A stretch of 64,000 bases of DNA from an uncultured candidate division Zixibacteria bacterium (GTDB lineage Bacteria; Zixibacteria; MSB-5A5; GN15; FEB-12), in assembly GCA_963806185.1 (NCBI GenBank), contig CAWDXE010000007.1:864001-928000 (forward strand), read 5' to 3'. Every line of letters starts with the position of its first letter. Positions within the stretch are counted from its first letter, which is position 1. Below the pieces are notes generated by a model. That model saw only the letters and a program-made list of their open reading frames with translations. It was not told where the DNA came from and made no database searches. The translations under genes were made by a program, and so were the position numbers. Positions 59,555 to 64,000 of the stretch are shown piece after piece.

Positions 59555-61843
59555 TTAATCGGCGGTCGTCTGGCTGGGCATTTTGGCGTTGAGGGTCTCC
59601 AGGAAAGTCTTATCGACGACTACTTCGCGGGCTTTGGAGCCGTCAAACGGAGACACGACCCCTGCCTGTTCCAGTTTGTCTATGAGTCGAGCGGCGCGCT
59701 GGTAGCCGATCCCCAGGCGGCGCTGAAGGAGTGAGACGGAGCCCTGTTTATGGCGAATGACTACTTCGCAGGCCTCGCGAAAGAGGGGATCGCCGAGGTC
59801 AAGATCGCCCTCGGGAGCGTCCTCGGCGGATTGGGAGATGCCCTCAAGAGTGAGCATGCCGAGGCCTTGTTCTTTGATGAAGGCGACCAGTCCGTCGGTT
59901 TCCTCGCTTGAGATGTAGGCACCGTGGACACGCTGGGGTTCGGGCTGGCCGGAGGAAAGGAAGAGCATGTCGCCGTTGCCGAGCAGTTTTTCGGCACCGT
60001 TAGCATCGATGATGGTCCGGCTGTCCACTTTGGAGGCGACCTGGAAGGCGATTCGGGCCGGGAAATTGGCTTTGATGAGGCCGGTAATTACATCGACCGA
60101 CGGTCGCTGGGTAGCGAGAATCAGGTGAATGCCGACGGCACGGGCCATCTGGGCGAGACGGGTGATCATCGCTTCGGTCTTGGTGTTGGCTGAAGACATC
60201 ATCAGGTCGGCAAGCTCATCGACAAAGACGATGATGTACGGCAGTTTCGCCTCCTCGGCGGCCTGCTTCCTATTGAAATCCTCAATATTGCGGACACCGG
60301 CCGTCGCGAGGCGACGATACCGGTTTTCCATTTCAACGACGATGTCGGAGAGGACGCGCTCGGCCTGTTTCGGTTTAGTGACGACGGGGCGGCCGAGGTG
60401 CGGGATGCCGGAGTACACTGAGAGTTCGAGCATCTTGGGATCGACAAAGATGAAGCGGACCTGCATCGGGTGGAGACGGTAGACCAATGAAGTGATGAGC
60501 GCATTCATGCAGACCGATTTTCCGGAGCCGGTGGCACCGGCGATCAGAAGGTGGGGCATGCGAGCCAAATCGGCAACGAACGGTTTGCCGGCGGTCGTTT
60601 TCCCAAGGGCAAGCGGGAGGCGAATCTTGGGGTCGTGGTATTCTTCGGATTCAAACATGTCCCGCAGGAAGACCATTTGGGGATTGCGGTTGGGGATTTC
60701 AACGCCGACGGCGGCCTTGCCGGGAATCGGGGCGATGATGCGGATGCGTTTTGCCTTGAGCGCCAAAGCGAGGTCATCGGCCAGACTGATAATCTGGTTA
60801 ACCTTGATGCCGGTGCCGGGTTTGAATTCAAAGCGAGTGATCACCGGACCGGGGTACTTTTCGATGGGGCCTTCGACAGTGACGTGGAAGGTTTCCAACG
60901 TTTCCTGAAGCATGCGGGCGGTCATGTTGAGCTCTTCGGCAGAGACTGTCGCATTCACTTCGGGGGGCGTGGTCAGGAGGTCGAGGTTCGGGTAGGTGTA
61001 ATTGAACGATTTGATCTGCACCGGTTCGGCGACTCGTTTGAGGGCGACCTTCGTTTTGGTGCCCTTCTTGCGTTTGGGGAGTTCCTCTCCCCCGTCGATC
61101 AGGTCGAGCTGGGGGGCGTCCCCATCGATTTCGATGTCGGTCTCGACGTCGTCGGGCGGCTGTTCCGGTTCTTCCTCATCAGGAATCGCCGGTTTGCGCG
61201 GAATCCATTTGAAGGCGAAGAGCCAGATGAAGGCGGACGCGATGGCGGAATAGATCTTCTTGATGACCGCCCCGCCGGGAATGGTAATCACCCTGGCCAG
61301 GAGGGGCGTGATGGAGGTGTAGGTTATCAACAAAATCAGGACTGCGCCAACCAGGCTGATATACGCGCCACTCTGGCCCAGCAAATTGACGAGCAGGACG
61401 GTCAGGCGGTCGGAGATATAGCCGCCGATTTCGTCGAGCGACGGGTCGGCCACGTCGGAAGCGACACAGCCGACATTGTAGATCAAGGTGCCGAGCAGCG
61501 AGATGAGAAAGAGCAGGAAGGCGTGCAGCTCAAGGAAGCGGGCCATCTTGCTTGAGAGTAAGCGAAGGCCGACGAAGATCAAACCGACCGGGAGGAAATA
61601 GGAGAGCCAGCCGAACAGCGTGAAAAGGAAGTAGGCGAGGTAGGCACCCAGCATACCACCCTGATTGTGGTAGCGAAGACTGAAGGGATCTTCGGTGGGA
61701 TCGATCTGACCGGTGATGCGGGCATCGTCGTGGCCGACATGAGAGATTAGTCCAACCAATAGGAAGCCGGCAAACAGGATGGTCAGAATGCCGAAGATGA
61801 TCTTGCGTTTGGCCGAGTGGCCGGATTTTCGCTTTTTTGCCAT
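59555..61843 (-). CDS. ftsK: DNA translocase FtsK
   Basis: 4TM N-terminus, GPVITRFE, PHLLIAGATGSGKSV, DPKMLEL, VDELADLM, ATQRPSVDVITG, gamma domain SLLQRRLGIGYQRAARLID. Confidence 0.97.
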   Translation of the reverse strand: MAKKRKSGHSAKRKIIFGILTILFAGFLLVGLISHVGHDDARITGQIDPTEDPFSLRYHNQGGMLGAYLAYFLFTLFGWLSYFLPVGLIFVGLRLLSSKMARFLELHAFLLFLISLLGTLIYNVGCVASDVADPSLDEIGGYISDRLTVLLVNLLGQSGAYISLVGAVLILLITYTSITPLLARVITIPGGAVIKKIYSAIASAFIWLFAFKWIPRKPAIPDEEEPEQPPDDVETDIEIDGDAPQLDLIDGGEELPKRKKGTKTKVALKRVAEPVQIKSFNYTYPNLDLLTTPPEVNATVSAEELNMTARMLQETLETFHVTVEGPIEKYPGPVITRFEFKPGTGIKVNQIISLADDLALALKAKRIRIIAPIPGKAAVGVEIPNRNPQMVFLRDMFESEEYHDPKIRLPLALGKTTAGKPFVADLARMPHLLIAGATGSGKSVCMNALITSLVYRLHPMQVRFIFVDPKMLELSVYSGIPHLGRPVVTKPKQAERVLSDIVVEMENRYRRLATAGVRNIEDFNRKQAAEEAKLPYIIVFVDELADLMMSSANTKTEAMITRLAQMARAVGIHLILATQRPSVDVITGLIKANFPARIAFQVASKVDSRTIIDANGAEKLLGNGDMLFLSSGQPEPQRVHGAYISSEETDGLVAFIKEQGLGMLTLEGISQSAEDAPEGDLDLGDPLFREACEVVIRHKQGSVSLLQRRLGIGYQRAARLIDKLEQAGVVSPFDGSKAREVVVDKTFLETLNAKMPSQTTAD

Positions 61844-61883
61844 TGCTGACGTATGTACACTTTTCCCGGTCCGGGCCCAAGAT

Positions 61884-61913
61884 AAAAAAGCAGGGTCAAC
61901 ACACTGCCCTGCT
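61884..61913 (-). terminator. Rho-independent terminator between lptD and ftsK
   Basis: AGCAGGG...CCCTGC-TTTTTT on - strand. Confidence 0.65.
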
Positions 61914-62009
61914 GTGACTTCGACCCAGAACCACGTTTCCTCGTAAGTACGCCCCTACATGCTCGAGTTGAGAGGGACAAGTCAACTAAAATTGAAATAT
62001 GTCGGTTGA

Positions 62010-64000
62010 CTAGCGGACACCCTGCCAGTAGTCGAGGTCGAGGGAGGATTGGGAGTTATCGATCTTGATCGACGGCAAGGCGGTGACAAAAAGGCGGAAG
62101 CCATACCCTCGGTTGGAACCGACCGGCACCCAGAAGAAATTGCCGGTCCAGCAGTGGATGACCCGGTTGATGTTGACTTGGCGATTTATGGTGCGGCCGC
62201 GTTCAATATCGTAGTACTGAGAGTATTCCACCTGAGTGTTAGGGGTGAGATAGAAGCGGAGGCTGAAGCGGAAGAAGCTCTGTTTTCGCCATCTGGATTC
62301 GTGACCGGATTCGGAGTAGGAGTAAGTCATGGTGGCGGACCAACCCTTGCCGGCTTTCGGTTTGGTGACGAGGTCGTTGGCTGAGTCGGCGCCGCGCGGC
62401 ATTTTGGCGGGGAGGTCATAATCGAAGAGAAAGTGATTGCCGGAGAAGGTGGCGCTGGAATTGAGACTGAAGCTTTCGAGCGACGGCGAGAGTAGATGGG
62501 CTTTGTTACTTCCGGTCCTATAGAATGAATGCTGCATGGAGCCGCTTAGTGACACCCGCGGCAGCACATTGGAGGTCATTGACGTGGACAGACCGGAAAG
62601 GGGACGTTCTTCAGCCTCGAAATTGTACCCGAAATTCGAGGAGATAGTCACCAGATTGAGCGTGCGGTCTCGCTCTCCTTGTTTAATCCGAGCTTGGTAG
62701 TCCTGAGTGAGGCCGAAGCTGACAGTCTGACTTTGATCGGCGCTGCCGTTGCCGCCGGCGTAGCTCCGCACTTTCGGATGGCGATCGAGGCGGGGAACGA
62801 AGGCGTACGAAATTGACGGTGAGAGCACTTGCCGAAAGCCGGTGATGCCGAGGACATTAGGACTGACTGTGCCGTAGATTTTGGTCGAGAGACTGGCGCC
62901 AACCGTGTAGATGTTGGTCCGATACGATCCGGACTTGATGCCGGTGGTGTCGGAAACGTTGGTGCCGTAGATGTACGCCCAGCTTTCGGAATAGGTCATG
63001 CTGGGAATGAAATTGATATAGGGGCCGATTTTGAGCGACAGGGACGGGGTAAGGCCGTGGTCAAGTCGCGAATATTTCTTGGAATAGCGAACGCTGGTGG
63101 TGTCGCTGGTGAGGGTGTCGACGACAGTGATTGTTTTTGTCACCGAACTGGTAGAGTAGTTTCTGAATGCGGGGGTATACCGTACCGTAAGATTATTGTA
63201 CCAGTGCTGCTCCAACTGCCCATCGGGTCCCTTTCTTCCACTGCCGAAAGGTTTCCAGGTCGGCACGCTGAAACTGATGCTGGGGAGAATGTCGGTACGG
63301 GACTTGGTATCCAGATTCTCCTCGTGCGAGAAGACCGGCGCCATGCTGAAGCCGTGACCAAACGATTTGCTGATGTTGACGGTGGAGCGGATCGTACGGT
63401 TGAGACGTTCATCAAGACTGGACGAATAGCGGGTGTAATAACTTGCATCTGACTGGTATTGGCCACTGGCGCTCATCCTGAAGGTCGGTGAAAACGTCTG
63501 ATTGTGCGCACCGCTGATCACCCAGGAAGTGAGTGGGAATTGCTCCGCGAACCTGGTGCTATAATCGGTACTCCGTGAGTGGTTCAGGCTGATATACCCA
63601 TCGTATTTATAGCGGGTGGCATAGTTGAAGCGGCCGTAGAGATTGATGGTGCTGTTTCGGTCGTAGTAGTCCATCGCGCCCTGAAGGTCCCAATGCTCGG
63701 AGGCGGCCCAATAGTAGCCGATATTGCGGACGTAGCGATCCCCCTGTTCGATGTTGCCGACGGTAAACGGGAGCAAGCCGGAGTGTCTCCCCTTCTTCAG
63801 CGGGAAGACGTAATAGGGAATGGCGAGGATCGGCAGGCGACCGATGTTCAGGATGACCGGACGGGCGATCAGTTTGTCGTCCTTGATAAATTTCAATTTC
63901 TTTGAATAGAAATGGAAGTGAGGCTCGTCGGCGTCACACGTAGTATAACGGCCGTCGTCCAAATAGATGATGTCCGTCTTCTGGCGGTAGACATCGCGGC
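62010..64000 (-). CDS. lptD: LPS assembly protein LptD-like outer membrane barrel (N-terminus beyond window)
   Basis: G.YTTCD...PHFHF...K....D.LIARP....G..P..P...FP...RHSGLLP..G; GYYWA; C-terminal R.IHCW....WVP (FCB-type LptD). Confidence 0.82.
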   Translation of the reverse strand, partial: RDVYRQKTDIIYLDDGRYTTCDADEPHFHFYSKKLKFIKDDKLIARPVILNIGRLPILAIPYYVFPLKKGRHSGLLPFTVGNIEQGDRYVRNIGYYWAASEHWDLQGAMDYYDRNSTINLYGRFNYATRYKYDGYISLNHSRSTDYSTRFAEQFPLTSWVISGAHNQTFSPTFRMSASGQYQSDASYYTRYSSSLDERLNRTIRSTVNISKSFGHGFSMAPVFSHEENLDTKSRTDILPSISFSVPTWKPFGSGRKGPDGQLEQHWYNNLTVRYTPAFRNYSTSSVTKTITVVDTLTSDTTSVRYSKKYSRLDHGLTPSLSLKIGPYINFIPSMTYSESWAYIYGTNVSDTTGIKSGSYRTNIYTVGASLSTKIYGTVSPNVLGITGFRQVLSPSISYAFVPRLDRHPKVRSYAGGNGSADQSQTVSFGLTQDYQARIKQGERDRTLNLVTISSNFGYNFEAEERPLSGLSTSMTSNVLPRVSLSGSMQHSFYRTGSNKAHLLSPSLESFSLNSSATFSGNHFLFDYDLPAKMPRGADSANDLVTKPKAGKGWSATMTYSYSESGHESRWRKQSFFRFSLRFYLTPNTQVEYSQYYDIERGRTINRQVNINRVIHCWTGNFFWVPVGSNRGYGFRLFVTALPSIKIDNSQSSLDLDYWQGVR

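Overview
Bacterial chromosomal window, GC-rich, from a diderm FCB-group organism. It is most likely candidate Zixibacteria; this is inferred from the Cys-Cys dockerin, the FlgD/T9SS-type C-terminal domain and the GWxTD proteins. Positions 1-12 kb hold MacB-type ABC permeases, two tandem GWxTD proteins, a ferritin-like protein, a beta-barrel protein, an unusual sensor-dikinase-nucleotidyltransferase fusion beside glutamate dehydrogenase, and an orphan wbpB. Positions 12-26.5 kb are more accessory: an HD protein/homoaconitase/PrpD cluster, a TIR protein, an asparagine-synthase-like protein lacking Cys1, convergent cohesin and dockerin genes, and a small islet at tRNA-Arg(CCG). This part is dense in miniature palindromic (REP/RPE-like) repeats, including a 4x111-bp array. 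Positions 26.7-43.5 kb are housekeeping genes on + (proS, rimP, nusA, infB, rbfA, DHH, truB, ribF, rpsO, pnp, M16 peptidase, deacetylase, leuS). A XerCD dif site lies at 43531-43558, exactly where gene orientation flips. Positions 43.6-64 kb are housekeeping/envelope genes on - (amidase, Ala-Glu epimerase, NlpC/P60, aminotransferase, transketolase, coaE, polA, nadD, bamD, SLT, rimO, lolA, ftsK, lptD). Many single-base frameshifts in housekeeping genes (proS, rimP, infB, pnp) look like uncorrected sequencing indels, not pseudogenes. The best candidates for new biology are the GDH-linked dikinase/nucleotidyltransferase, the non-cellulosomal cohesin-dockerin pair, and the LysF+PrpD pairing. All calls come from reading motifs by eye; no searches were run.
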